Assembly: GCA_950097015.1 (NCBI GenBank)
Contig: CATNEN010000007.1
Span: 6,262,001 to 6,326,000 of the forward strand
Direction of reading: 5' to 3'
Source of the DNA: Macrostomum hystrix
Lineage: Eukaryota; Animalia; Platyhelminthes
Length of the DNA: 64,000 nucleotides
Under the pieces are notes generated by a model, which saw nothing but the letters and a program-made list of their open reading frames with translations, was not told the DNA's origin and made no database searches. The position numbers and the translations under genes are program-made. Shown one piece after another: positions 51,645-63,600 of this stretch. Position 1 is the stretch's first letter; each line of letters begins with the position of its first letter.

Positions 51645-51870
51645 TGAGGGGTGCTCTGAAAGTTTCGGGATCCCCAACAATGAACCAAGTTAGCAAAGTG
51701 AAACTAGTTACAACTTTTCAAAGTACTCTTCAGCAACTTGCATCCATCTTCTTTCCTGAACTCCTGGATCCGATGACCTTCTGAGGATGATCCTCATCGG
51801 TAAAGCACCACTGCAATGATTGACACTTTGTCTCGGGTTTGAAATTGTAAATCCATGTTTCATCACCTGC
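51645..51870 (-). mobile_element. Internally deleted mariner 3' fragment
   Basis: GDETWIYNFKPETKCQSLQW..SSGKKM followed by EYFEKL* C-terminus, then TA-flanked TIR-like TGAGGGGTGCTCTGAAAGTTTC. Confidence 0.75.
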
Positions 51871-52941
51871 TTTCGAGGAGAAAGCCACGTCTCCGTTGTC
51901 ACGGCTGGCCAAAGGACGAGGAAACAGACTATTGTCCTTCGTAGTCACTCGAAGCAGCTTGAGGTACTTATCCACCCTCTGTACGTCGTAAATTCTCGCC
52001 TTTTTGTTGTCTGGCTGCTTCTTGGCTTTCTCCGGATCTGCTGATTTGTTCTTCGAGGGCAATGGCGGCAGGCAGTAGTATGGCTTTCCATCAGAGTCCA
52101 CTTGCAACTGAAGTGTGCTCCTGTCCTTCAGGAACTTAAGGTGCTCCTGGCCTCGCTCACCGAAGCTGTAGATGATGTAGAAGAGGAATTTGTCCTGCTC
52201 AACTTCAGCTGTGCTGCCTTGGAAGTAAATCATCAGCTTCTCCATGTCGCCCTCTTCGATTGGCTCATATTGTTGCGTGGTCCCACCAGTCTGGTGAAAG
52301 TCACGAACTTTGACACGCAGCATGCTGTTCGCAGAACAAAATTCTTCTCCATTAATTATGTCAACACTTAGCTTCTCCACCATCCGCAAATAGCGCTGCA
52401 GTCCAGCCCTGATGCAGACCAGTGACGCGGGCGAGTAGGGCTCACCGCCAATCTTCTTCAGTTTGAAATAGAAGTACCGGATGTATTGGTTCAGCACTGA
52501 ATTGGGAATAGTTTGCAAATCGCGTTGAAGCTTTTCCTCTGTGAGGAATGTCTTGAACCGCTGTTCACGGCTAACCATCTGCTTCCGGGTGTCTGCCGGT
52601 AGGCTGTCCATCTCGGCGACGTCCATGGCGCTAACGTCTACACCACCTTCCTGCAGCAGTGGCAGATGCTCGTTGGGCTCGGGCTCCATTTGTATAAATT
52701 CCAGAAATTTGGCAAAGTCGTCGTCCGTCCTGTCACTATGAGAGGCCTCCGAAACAAAATGCAACTCGTCCTTTGTTACATTGCCCAACTGACTGCAGGG
52801 CAAATGCTTCCAATTAATTAGCGGTGAGTCCATCCTTGCATCCTTGAGAGTCGCTTTCTCTCTCCGGAACTTGTCATCTCTAGACACGAAAGAAAATACA
52901 CCAAATAGATGGGCGACCAGATGGATGATGCAACCAGACAA
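51871..52941 (-). mobile_element. Crypton-like tyrosine-recombinase ORF (DUF3504/ZMYM-KCTD1-QRICH1-related), C-terminally truncated
   Basis: LNQYIRYFYFKLKKIGGEPYSPASLVCIRAGLQRYL..DIINGEEF..AN and FGERGQEH motifs; no HxxR or catalytic Tyr region. Confidence 0.7.
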
Positions 52942-53613
52942 AATGCAATGATTTTTGGTCAGGGCAGAGGATGTGTGTGCTACTCAATACTACTGACAAT
53001 AGCTCGTACTTCTTCCGCTTTTTTGAGGATCTTAGAATTAAAAATTTCAGAATTATAATTTCCCATTTTGGCTATCAGCAGCCACTGAAAGGAAAGGTTA
53101 AAGGGAAGTTACGAGTTAATCTCGTAAAAACACCACTTTTCCTTACTCCATGCAACACCAGCAACAACATCATGGCAGTCCGAAACTACAAGCGAATGTC
53201 GAATGATGACAGGCAGACTCCATCGTGCAGTCTGGACGTGGTGAGAAGCGTCCACAGCGAGGCCGACGTGTCAAGAAGGTTGACGAGGAAATGGAAGATT
53301 TCAGACTCAGAGTTACAAACTCAGAACATATTTTTATGCTAATAAATAAAATATCTAAACCCCTACACAAGCCATCTACCATTGTAAATGAAGTTGGGCT
53401 AAGTAGCTATTGGAATAGCTAGCTATTTTGTCTGTCTTGTTCACAGATACTATAATAACTAGTTATAATATAAAAATTATATAATAGTTATTATAGTATC
53501 TGTGGTCTTGTTTAAGCTAATGCAACATTAGTATTTAGACACTCCTTTTTATATTCTAGTCAGCTGGGGTTAGTAAACGCATTTTAACTTTCCAGCCAGT
53601 TTTTGCTTGCTTG

Positions 53614-54442
53614 ATGAAGCTAAACGCCCAGCCAGATTATGACACTCAGCGCGACGAGAAGGAGGGCCGCCTGCGCGATGTATCTGACCAGGCCATCTGG
53701 TGGCTCTCCTCCTGCAAGCCGGGCTACGGTGTTCAGCAGCTGATGAGCGACTCGCTGGCCACCTACTGGCAGTCCGATGGGCCGCAGCCACATCTGGTTA
53801 ATATCCAGTTCAGGCGGAAGACAGCCATCTGCACCCTGTGCGTGTATGTGGACTTCAAGCAGGACGAGTCCTACACCCCCAGCAAGCTGGCTGTCAAGAC
53901 TGGAAATCATTTTCAGGTGAGCGAACCTGGCTTGGCATGAGATTTTTAAGTTGCTTACCAGAATGGGTAAGATTTTGAAGTCGCTCGCCAGAAAGGATGA
54001 GATTTCGAAGTCGCTTACCAAAGTTGAAGTTGCTTACGATTTTGAAGTTGAGATTTTGATGTCACTAATATGAAAGAAAGATAAATTTTATATGTCATCT
54101 TTTGTTAATTTTAAAGTCATGCTAAAATGAAATTTTTCGTCTCCATGACTCGGCTCGCAGGACCTGGAGGAGGTCGAGTCTGTCGAGCTGCTAGAACCCT
54201 CCGGCTGGGTGGTGATCGACCTGCGCAGCGGGGGCCGACCCCGGCGGGCCTTCATCCTGCAGCTGGTGGTGCTGGCCAACCATCAGAATGGCCGCGACAC
54301 CCACATCAGGCGGATCAAGGTGCTGTCTCTGGCCTCATCGGCGGCCAGCACTGGCGTCGGAGGCATCGGCGGCGTCGGCTCTGTCGACAGCCAGCGCGGC
54401 TGCGGACCCTCCGGCTTGGCCATCTTTGATAAGATTCGCTGA
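53614..54442 (+). CDS. ANAPC10: Anaphase-promoting complex subunit 10 (DOC1); exons 53614-53916, 54161-54442
   Basis: WLSSCKPGYGV, TYWQSDGPQPHLVNIQF, DESYTPSK, EPSGWV, NHQNGRDTHIR, C-terminal IR tail. Confidence 0.96.
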
Positions 54443-55032
54443 GGCCGCCGAACGAAGCTCCGCCCTTTCCACCTTGCCATGGCTGCTACCCAAGCCTCAT
54501 GCTGATTATCTCAAATATTCCTTTCTCATTGCTCATTAATTTAACCCGGGAAAACAAAATTGAAAGTAATTTGGCTACTTTGTAATGTCCCCGAAATTCC
54601 CGCTTACTGTGCTAATAAACCGGTCGCTCTACAAAATTCCTTATATGCTCTGTTTAGTGAACTATTGTGAACTATTTTTGTACAGAACTTGTAGAAAAAG
54701 CGTATGACACTACTGCCTGATTGCCCATCAGTAGAACGTAAAAATTACTTTCTTTTTTATTTTTCTCAAATAAAGCTTTATTTTTGTGCATTTCTCAACA
54801 TTTCTAATAGACGGAAAATGTCCTTAAACGTCTTTTTTGTTAAATTTGTTTTCAAACAATTTTCCTATGATTCGGCGGCACATGTGCTTATTCGGTGAGC
54901 ATGGCTGTCTCATACATAAGATAAGGTGCGGTTCGATAACAGCTGGGCTCATAAAGCTATGGAACTGTACTAGGTAATGCAGGCTAGGCTAAATTATTGA
55001 GAAGCTTCAGTTGCTACTCAGCGCTGCTCAGC

Positions 55033-55368
55033 ATGGATCAGTGGATCATCTTGGCCATCATTCTGGCGGTGCTGGCTGCAGGTAGCCTTGTCAGCTGCTA
55101 CCTGTGCTACCGACAGCGCTGGCGACTCCGCCGGGAGAGAAAGAGCGAGAAATGGCGGGCCGCCAGTAGCGCCATTTATGGGGCCTACTACAATTCGGCC
55201 ATGCAGCAGCCAGGCAGTCTGGATCAGCTGTCCCCGCCCTCCGAGCAGCTGCAGCAGCCTCAGCGTGGCCGGTCATTCGATTATTATGCCGCGACGGTTG
55301 GCGACGGGTCCGGGGTGTTCTACACGCCGGGATCTGGGAGCGCAGCCAGAACTGGCACTGCGGTGTGA
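55033..55368 (+). CDS. Small single-pass membrane protein, 111 aa
   Basis: N-terminal hydrophobic helix, Cys/Arg juxtamembrane stretch, Tyr-rich tail; GC-rich codon usage. Confidence 0.6.
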   Translation: MDQWIILAIILAVLAAGSLVSCYLCYRQRWRLRRERKSEKWRAASSAIYGAYYNSAMQQPGSLDQLSPPSEQLQQPQRGRSFDYYAATVGDGSGVFYTPGSGSAARTGTAV

Positions 55369-55417
55369 GCCCGTCTCTATGGGAATATTTTGCCCACTAT
55401 GAGGGCCGCATAGTCTT

Positions 55418-56085
55418 TGTGAGAATCCCATCAGACTCTATAGTTCTCCTATGGGATCTGTGAGAATCCCATCAGACTCTATAGTTCTCCCATGGGATCT
55501 GGGAGAATCCCATCAGACTCTATAGTTCTCCCATGGGATCTGGGAGAATCCCATCAGACTCGATAGTTCTCCCATGTGATCTGTGAGAATCCCATCAGAC
55601 TCTATAGTTCTCCTATGGGATCTGTGAGAATCCCATCAGACTCTATAGTTCTCCCATGGGATCTGTGAGAATCCCATCAGACTCGATAGTTCTCCCATGT
55701 GATCTGTGAGAATCCCATCAGACTCTATAGTTCTCCCATGGGATCTGTGAGAATCCCATCAGACTCTATAGTTCTCCTATGGGATCTGTGAGAATCCCAT
55801 CAGACTCGATAGTTCTCCCATGTGATCTGTGAGAATCCCATCAGACTCTATAGTTCTCCCATGGGATCTGTGAGAATCCCATCAGAGTCTATAGCTCTCC
55901 TATCGGATCTGTGAGAATCCCATCAGACTCTATAGTTCTCCCATGGGATCTGGGAGAATCCCATCAGACTCTATTGTTCTATCGGATCTGTAACAATCCC
56001 ATCAAACTTGACAGTTCTCCCATCGGATCTGTAACAATCCCAATCAAACTTGACAGTTCTCCCATCGGATCTGCAACAATCCCAC
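55418..56085. repeat. 41-bp minisatellite (TGTGAGAATCCCATCAGACTCTATAGTTCTCCCATGGGATC), ~13 good plus ~3 degenerate copies
   Basis: Tandem periodicity; one variant unit recurs every 123 bp (55561, 55684, 55807). Confidence 0.96.
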
Positions 56086-56805
56086 CAGACTTAGTGTTTC
56101 ACTGCTCTCCTGTATTATTTGTACATAAACCTGCACTAATTTTTTCATGTGATGCTGACAAAAGTGTGTAGTTAGAGATCCAAATAAATTATTTTAAATA
56201 ATACACTTCTGATACAATTAGTATTACTGACTTGAGTAGTAATACCTATCAATGGCCGCAGAAGATCTGCAACAGGCTCCTGCACTAATTGGCGCTATGC
56301 CGTTGCACTTATACAAGCCGGCGGTTCGCGAGAGAGACTATAACAGAGACTAATGGGCCAGGTGCCTGCGCGCGCACCTTCATGCTGGGTGTCTAACAAT
56401 CCCACCGGTTTTTACCTTGGGCTGAAAGAAGTTTAAGCCGAAGGCCAACGGTCATCTGGCAGTTAGAAAGCAGCCGTGCAAAGCATGCCCACCCCGCCCA
56501 GCCTGGCAGGTCTGGAGAAATCGAAGGCAAAGGTGAAAGAAAATGGAAGAAGGAAAAGGAAGGCCGCCATGGAGTGCAGAATGTTGCTTCACAGTTTGCC
56601 TCGCACTAGCTTTAATTAGAACCTCGATGCCTTTTCAGCAGTGGCGGAGGCATCAGGGCCTCAGCCGTGCCCCGAGGGCTGCAACAGTGTGACAGAAAGA
56701 CAAGTTGCTGAAATTTTTCTTTGCAGATTTTAGCTGAGATTTTTGGGAACGCATTCAACACTCGCAAAGGCCTCAGAAACCGAAACTAGGAAGCGGGTCT
56801 ACCAG

Positions 56806-57744
56806 ATGAACCTGACCGTGATTGCGGAGGAGCCGCCGCCCTCGCCACCGCCCACTCCGCTGTCGCCGTCGCCTCCTCCGCAGCGTTCGCCGTCTTCCCA
56901 CACATCTTCGGCATCGTCGCCTTCGCCGCAGATCTCCAGGGCGGAGGCGGCGGCTTTGGCGTTAAAAGGCAGCGAGGCTGGCAACGCTCGCGAAGGCGCC
57001 AGCGTTAGCATCAGGTGTCACCGGCTGCGGGCTGCGGTGTCGGCTGTCTATTACACGGCCGCCCTGGTTGCCCTGGCCACCTCCGTCGTCCTGCTGGTGT
57101 GCGGCTTCAGGTCCGGCTCGCGGGCCGCACTCACAGTCGGCACCCTGCTGCTGTTCGCCGCCTTCGGCCTCTGCACCAACCGCTGCTGCCTCGGCCAGCT
57201 TCTGGGCGCTCCGCCAAACGCCGTGGTCGCCGTCAAACAGTCGCTAGCGAGCAATTCGCCTTCAGAGAAGCATCGGCAGCCGACAGCGCAGGAGCCGGAG
57301 TCTTCCTCTTCGACAGTGGCGTCGATGGCTCGGCGCAGTTTCCGGCTCGCGGCGGCTACGGCGGTGGCCGCATCAGCGTCGCCGTCTCCAGCGTCTCCGG
57401 AAGCTCCGTCGGCTTCGTCGCCGACATCGTCACCGCCTTTGACGCCGCGTCGGGCAACGCTGGGCGTCAACGGCCTCCTGCTGGGCGGCCGGCGCTGCTC
57501 CGCCTTCGGCCTCGGACCCGGCGACCCGGCGGCCCGGCTGTCGCTGATGCGCCATCGGTCATCGTCCGGCTCGTCCGGCGCAGCGTCCGCCTCAGCCGGC
57601 CCCGGTGCCTGCGGGGTCAGCGGCGGCAGACGAATGAGCTCCGCGCTGCATCTGGCCGTGTCGGCTGATGAAATGGCCGTCGACGCCGCCGCCGGCTGCT
57701 GGATGCCGCCCGGAGGCCTGGGCGACTTCGTGGAGTTCGCTTGA
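56806..57744 (+). CDS. Uncharacterised two-TM, Ser/Pro-rich protein, 312 aa
   Basis: Long GC-rich ORF with two hydrophobic helices followed by a Cys cluster; strong acceptor at 56726 upstream. Confidence 0.6.
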   Translation: MNLTVIAEEPPPSPPPTPLSPSPPPQRSPSSHTSSASSPSPQISRAEAAALALKGSEAGNAREGASVSIRCHRLRAAVSAVYYTAALVALATSVVLLVCGFRSGSRAALTVGTLLLFAAFGLCTNRCCLGQLLGAPPNAVVAVKQSLASNSPSEKHRQPTAQEPESSSSTVASMARRSFRLAAATAVAASASPSPASPEAPSASSPTSSPPLTPRRATLGVNGLLLGGRRCSAFGLGPGDPAARLSLMRHRSSSGSSGAASASAGPGACGVSGGRRMSSALHLAVSADEMAVDAAAGCWMPPGGLGDFVEFA

Positions 57745-59207
57745 CTGACCCGCGCTGGCTGACTGAAGCTTCTTGAATCCCCGATGCACTTGGAGCGGAA
57801 TTTCGCATCCCACACACCACTCGTACATCCATCGCATTTTGAGCACAGTACTCACGATTTAGATGTACTGAGCAGTATCGAGAAATACTTGTACAGCAGA
57901 AAATCACATTCAATCTAAAGAGATTTTCTACCTCGGCTCGCTTAGTTAGCCTCTTTTCGAAAATATGAAAAATATGTTCAATACCAGTGCGAAGACTGCG
58001 CATTTCATTGCTTTGCTTCATCGGATGCTGTAAACTCATTTGGGCTTATTTGGAGTAAGTTTCCGTGGCAACCGTATCCACAGATTTCAAACTGTTGACT
58101 GGGGCGCATCGCTTGATGAAATTAATCAAACTGATTGCCAACCCGCAGATGAGAAAAGCTGAGAATGATTTTCGCAGCTTCACCGACTCGGAGACATGCC
58201 TAGAACAAGTGGCGGGACTTTTCTGTCTCAAATCTATTCATATTGCTATTGCTTGTGAAAGAGGAAAAAAAATCGGCACCAACATTTTGCTATCATCAGG
58301 CTTTGACGAAATCCCTATGGCACTAAAATGGCTATTCACGGAAATTTTGCCAAAAAATCCCGATTTCATCAAAATCCCTGTTTTAAAAATCCCCGGTTAC
58401 TATTATAGAATCCACATTCACAAAAATGCCTAATTCACTGCCGGATTCCGGATTCACTGTCGGATTCACTACCACCTGCGTTTTAATCAGCCAAACGTGC
58501 TCGAGTTGGTTTTGCAGGCTGCTGAGGGGTTTTGATCCTCAGATTTGAATCTAAATCTGGCGCTGCACTTCATGCTTCTGAAAAATTAATCAGTTTTTTT
58601 CAGCTAGAAGACAATAAGCAGTCAGTTTAGCTCGCTTTCTCAAGATCTCTTGAGTGAGCTGCCGGCGCGCCGCTAGCTGCTTCTGTTGCCAGGCAAATTA
58701 TATTTCTACGATTGCCAGCGCTAGCAAAACACCTCCCCCACACCCTCTAGCGATGCGGATTTATAATAAGCTCAAGGTTGGAAGCTGGCTTGCAGTCCAC
58801 AAGGCCACAAGCCTCGGATAAGACTTTGGTTCGCTGAGCTGCATTGTTTGAGCAACACGCTGACAATTTACCTGGCCCACACAGGAGCAGATAATATTAC
58901 TCGTAATCACTTATAGCTGTCTTTGGAATCTCGTCTCATTCCTGCTTTGCTGCAATTATTTCATCTCTGCCTTAGAAGCGCCGCTACCCTCCGGGCCCCA
59001 CCCAGCCAGCAGTTGCCAACTCAGCCCCTGCTCAACTAGGGGGCAGCAGGACAGAGAGACTCACAGAGAGTGAGACTAGCTAAATTAGTTTGAAGCCCGA
59101 CTCGACATCGCAGCCTGAGTATTTGGCTCTAACGCGCGAGTGTCGTGTTTGAGTACGGCAGAGCAATATTGTCAGTTCTCACGCTCCTGAATCTGCGATT
59201 GTCCGCA

Positions 59208-60162
59208 ATGCCCCAGCTGTTGGAACTGCTGCCGCTGCTGCTGCTGCTGCTGTCTGGCTGGCAGCAGCCAGGTGAGCTCAGTGCTTTGATTTATTGAAAC
59301 GCTGAGATTTAATGAGGAAGAGACAGAGAAATAACAAGGTGAACAAAAGTTAAGATGAGAAGGGATTAACTCTGCGGGATGAGAAGGGATAAACAATTTA
59401 GGATGAGAACGGATGTACTCGGTGGGATGAGAAGGGAGTAACACTTTTGAATGAGAAGGGACTAATCCTGTGGGATGAGAAAAGGGAACAGGCGAGAATG
59501 CTTTCATCGATGAATGCACTCATCGCACTCGGAGAATGACCCCATTCTACTCATTGCCTTGCAGCCCAGTCGGCCTGCAACAACAGCGTGATCATCCTGG
59601 AGATCAAAGAGACCACACCAGCGGGCTTCAACATCAGCGCCATCGATTCGACTTACCAGAACAGTCTGTTCGGTACTCCGCAGTACGTCTGCTACTTTGA
59701 ACTCTCCGACGGCTACCTGCGTCTCGCCCGCACCTTCGACCTGGAGAATTTCACCTCTTGCAGCGACGGCTCGACCATATCGAAGAGCTCCGTGCCCACT
59801 GCGGTTACCGTCACCATCCAGTGCGCCTCGTCCTCGTTCATGGCCACCTTCCTCATCCGGCTGGTGGACGTGAACGAGTTCGCGCCGATGTTTGTGCCGG
59901 ACTTTTACACTGTGAACGTGTCGGAGGTGAGTGGAGAGCAGTCATTACCGGAAAAACTCCTCTGATGAAATCTCGGATCATTCCCGTCAATTTCTTGGCA
60001 TAAAAGTACATGCAAACCGGGTCATTGTGACGTCATACAGGGCCAAAAACATTTCTTCCTGCATTCCAGGCGGCTGGAGTCAACTCGCAGATCACTCAGC
60101 TCAACACGCACGTGATCGACCTGGACAAATCCAATCAACAGACCTTTAACTTCCAGATTGTG
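59208..60162 (+). CDS. Cadherin-family protein, 5' part; exons 59208-59271, 59565-59926, 60070-60162 (continues beyond window)
   Basis: Leu-rich signal peptide; FDLE, DVNEFAPMF..YTVNVSE and DLD calcium-binding motifs; phases consistent. Confidence 0.85.
59372..59485. repeat. Degenerate 24-bp repeat x5 (GATGAGAAGGGA..) in cadherin intron 1
   Basis: ATGAGAA recurs at ~24-nt spacing. Confidence 0.7.
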
Positions 60163-60257
60163 GTGAGCGAAAAGCCAAAGATATGCTAAAATCGGTGATG
60201 GAATATAAATTTATTTTATTCAAGTCATAAATCTTCTATTAACCTCCATTAACCAAG

Positions 60258-60677
60258 CAGACCTCCCAGTAACTATACAGACCTCCCAGTAACTATACAG
60301 ACCTCCCAGTAACTATACAGACCTCCCAGTAACTATACAGACCTCCCAGTAACTATACAGACCTCCCAGTAACTATACAGACCTCCCAGTAACTATACAG
60401 ACCTCCCAGTAACTATACAGACCTCCCAGTAACTATACAGACCTCCCAGTAACTATACAGACCTCCCAGTAACTATACAGACCTCCCAGTAACTATACAG
60501 ACCTCCCAGTAACTATACAGACCTCCCAGTAACTATACAGACCTCCCAGTAACTATACAGACCTCCCAGTAACTATACAGACCTCCCAGTAACTATACAG
60601 ACCTCCCAGTAACTATACAGACCTCCCAGTAACTATACAGACCTCCCAGTAACTATACAGACCTCCCAGTAACTATA
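60258..60677. repeat. Perfect 20-bp array (CAGACCTCCCAGTAACTATA) x21
   Basis: Exact tandem copies abutting the LINE tail. Confidence 0.99.
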
Positions 60678-63600
60678 ATAATAATAATAATAGTTACACT
60701 CCACGCCGACCACAGAAGTGGCCAAGAGGGGGGAGCGTCAAAACGCGCGTTTCAGTGCCAGGTCTCTGACGTGCTTCACGCCTGCCGCCTGGCTGGGTGC
60801 TCGGGCGTCTTCAAAAAGGCGGTCAATATAGCGGGCTGTACGTCCCTGGCCGCGCCTGCGCGGTCCCTGCGAGGTCCACAGCAGGACATCCTGCAGCGGC
60901 TCTGGGCAGTAGGCTTCGGCGCGGATGACATGCCCGGCCAGCCGCAGTCGCCGCTGACTCAGCAGGACAGAAGGCCGCGTTAGGCGCGCACGCTGGTACA
61001 GGGACTCGGTTGTCTCGCTGCCAGGGCCGCGGCGGGCGCCGAAAGCGGCGCGAACTAGGGCCGCATGCGCCGCGTCGAGCTGCGCCTCGAGCGCCCCGGT
61101 CATCGTCCAGGTCTCAGCATTGTACAAGAGGGCGGTCTCGACAACTGCCTGGAACAGCTGGGACCTGGCGCCGTTCGACAGGGCCTCGGAGAGTAGCACC
61201 GCCCGCACAGAACGGTAGGCGGCCCAGGCCTTGCCGCGTCGTCTCGCCAGGTCGTCGCCCACGTCAGGCACCAGTCCGCCGAGGTAGACGAACTGACGGC
61301 ACTTCGGGAGCACGGTCCCGGGGCCGTCACCGTCTCTTAGTCGAATCTCGGCAGGTAGGTTTTGCGGCACCGTCAGCACCTCGGTCTTCATGGCGTTGAT
61401 AGCGAGGCCGACCCTCGCCGCCGCCGCAGTCAGGCCATCCAGCAGCCGTTGGGCGCCTTCGGCCGTCGTAGACAGCAGGGCAAGGTCGTCCGCGTAGCCG
61501 AGGACAGACAACTTCTTCTCCGGGTGCCGTCGACTAGTGCGTCTTTGAAGCAGAAAACCGTCCTCTGCAGTCGGCAGGCCGGTCCTGAGCACCCAGTCCA
61601 TCACCAGCACGAAAAGAAAAGGCGCCAGGGTGTCACCCTGCAGCACTCCGGAGGTAGTGCTGAACAGGTCCGACGGTCCGTCTGGCGTCGCTACCACAGC
61701 GGTGGTGTCCTGATACAGTGCCATGATGGCGGAGATCAGCTGCTGCGGTATGTTGTAGGCACGGAGCACGTGAGGCAGCGCGCCGCGGGCCACCGAGTCG
61801 AAAGCTTTGAGAAAGTCAACAAAGATGACGACAAGGCTTGACTGGTGGATGCGCGCCTCCTCGATGATGCGACGGAGGGCCAGGATCTGAGTCACCGTGC
61901 CGCGACGGGGCCGGAACCCATTCTGCTCGTACCGCAGAAACGAGTCCAGCACAGGCTGTAACCGTGCTAACAGCACCCGGTTGAACAGCTTCGCGGCACA
62001 GGACATGAGCGAGATCCCGCGATGCTCCTCCTTCTTTGTAGTGCCCGGCTTCTTCGGGATGCCGACGATGGTGGCCTGGGTCCACTCGCGGGGCGCAGGG
62101 CCTCCCGCCAGGACGCCGTTCATCACGCGGGCCACCTCGGTGGCAACCCTTGTGACTCGCAGTGCCTCTACGGGGACCTCATCCGGACCGGGGGCGCGGC
62201 CTCCCGGTGCCCTGCGGGCGAATTCCACGATGTCGGTGCTGGTCACTGGACTGGTGTCGAAGTCCTCCTGCCGCGGTAGCGCCACCTCGGGGGGCAGCGG
62301 CATCTCGTTCGGCAGAGTCGGCGGCGGCGCGTTGACAATGGCGGCGAAGAAGGTGCGCAGCTCGTTTCTGCGCTCCTCGGCAGTATCGCCAGCCAGGTTG
62401 AGCGCCGCTTTCGTTTTGCGACCGGTGAGGGCGTTCACAACGGGCCAGACGACCCTGTTCTGCCGTTCAGGCCCGACAGAGGTGACAGCCCGGATCGCGT
62501 CGTCAACAGCGGCTTTCTGTCGACTTGCGTAGGCGTCTGCCAGGGCTTTCTCGGCATCGGATGTCGGTCGCCTGGCTCGCCGCAGCTGCTCGACAGTGCG
62601 GCGGGCCTCACGTACCTCCGGGTCGCTCGCCCAGACTGGAAGTTGCCGTGACGCGGGTTCCATAAGCGGCAGAGTCTTGGCAGCGGCAGTGGCGATGGCT
62701 GAGCTAATTGTGCTGTAGTCCGGCGCCTGCGCTGATCCCAGGGCGGTCGCGAAGGCGTACGCAAACCTGCTGCGGGTGCCTGGGTCTTGCAAGGCGCGGA
62801 AGTACCTTCTTCTAGGGCGTTTTGGTGGTCGGTACAGCGGATCAGAGAGCCTCAGGTCGCAGTAGAGCAGGCGATGGTCGGACCGGACAGCCAGGGGTTC
62901 CATTGTGTCGCAGTTCTGCAGCCGGCTGCGTTCGCGATGGCGAATCAGCACGTGGTCGAGCTGCGCCAAGCGGGTCGTAGCGAATCGGCCTCGCGCGTTC
63001 CGCCTCCTTCGCTTGCAGCCGGCGAATGTCGCCAGCCGGTTGGGCGGTTTGCGGAAGCGCGTGTTGGCTGACACCAGGTCGAGCCTCGCCATCAGGTCCG
63101 CAAGCGCGGCGGTGTTGGCGTTCTGGCGTGGCGACACAAACGGGCAGCGCTGGGACCGCGGCGCTACGGCGTTGAGATCACCAAGCATCACCACAGTGTC
63201 GCGATGCGCCACCATCTCGAGCTGCTCCGACAGGAACTCGAAGAATTCCTGCGCCTCCTGCTGATGGGCAGCTGTGGGAGCGTACGCACAGAAAAGCCGC
63301 ACATTGCGGCGACGTAGTCTCACGTCCACGCGCAGCAGTCGGGCTGACAGGCTGACGCAGCAGATGCTCTCGCGTAGCCGTGGTCCGACAAGCACGCCGA
63401 CTCCTCCACGGCCTCTGCTGTCCGCTGACGTGTAGTGCAGCGTCCAGCCGCTCCCCAGATCCTCACGGTGTAGGCCAGACTCAGCAGTGATTGACACCTC
63501 CTGCAGCATGACGAGGTCCAGCCGCAGGTCAGATGCCAGCTTTGCGAGCATGCCCCTTCTCCAGGCAGACTTTAGCGTTCGGCAGTTAAAGGTTGCTAGC

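Noticed and set aside
53170-53330. Possible Tc1/IS630-type transposase N-terminal fragment
   Set aside because: Too short and frameshifted; no TIR found.
57051-57815. Long antisense/alternate-frame ORFs over GC-rich genes (also over aquaporin, RA-PDZ, RTE)
   Set aside because: Shadow ORFs expected from GC-rich codon usage; no independent motifs.
31667-60269. Shared GACCTCCCA between the modular 23-mer and the 20-mer arrays
   Set aside because: Only 9 nt match among many possible unit comparisons; the remainder is unrelated.
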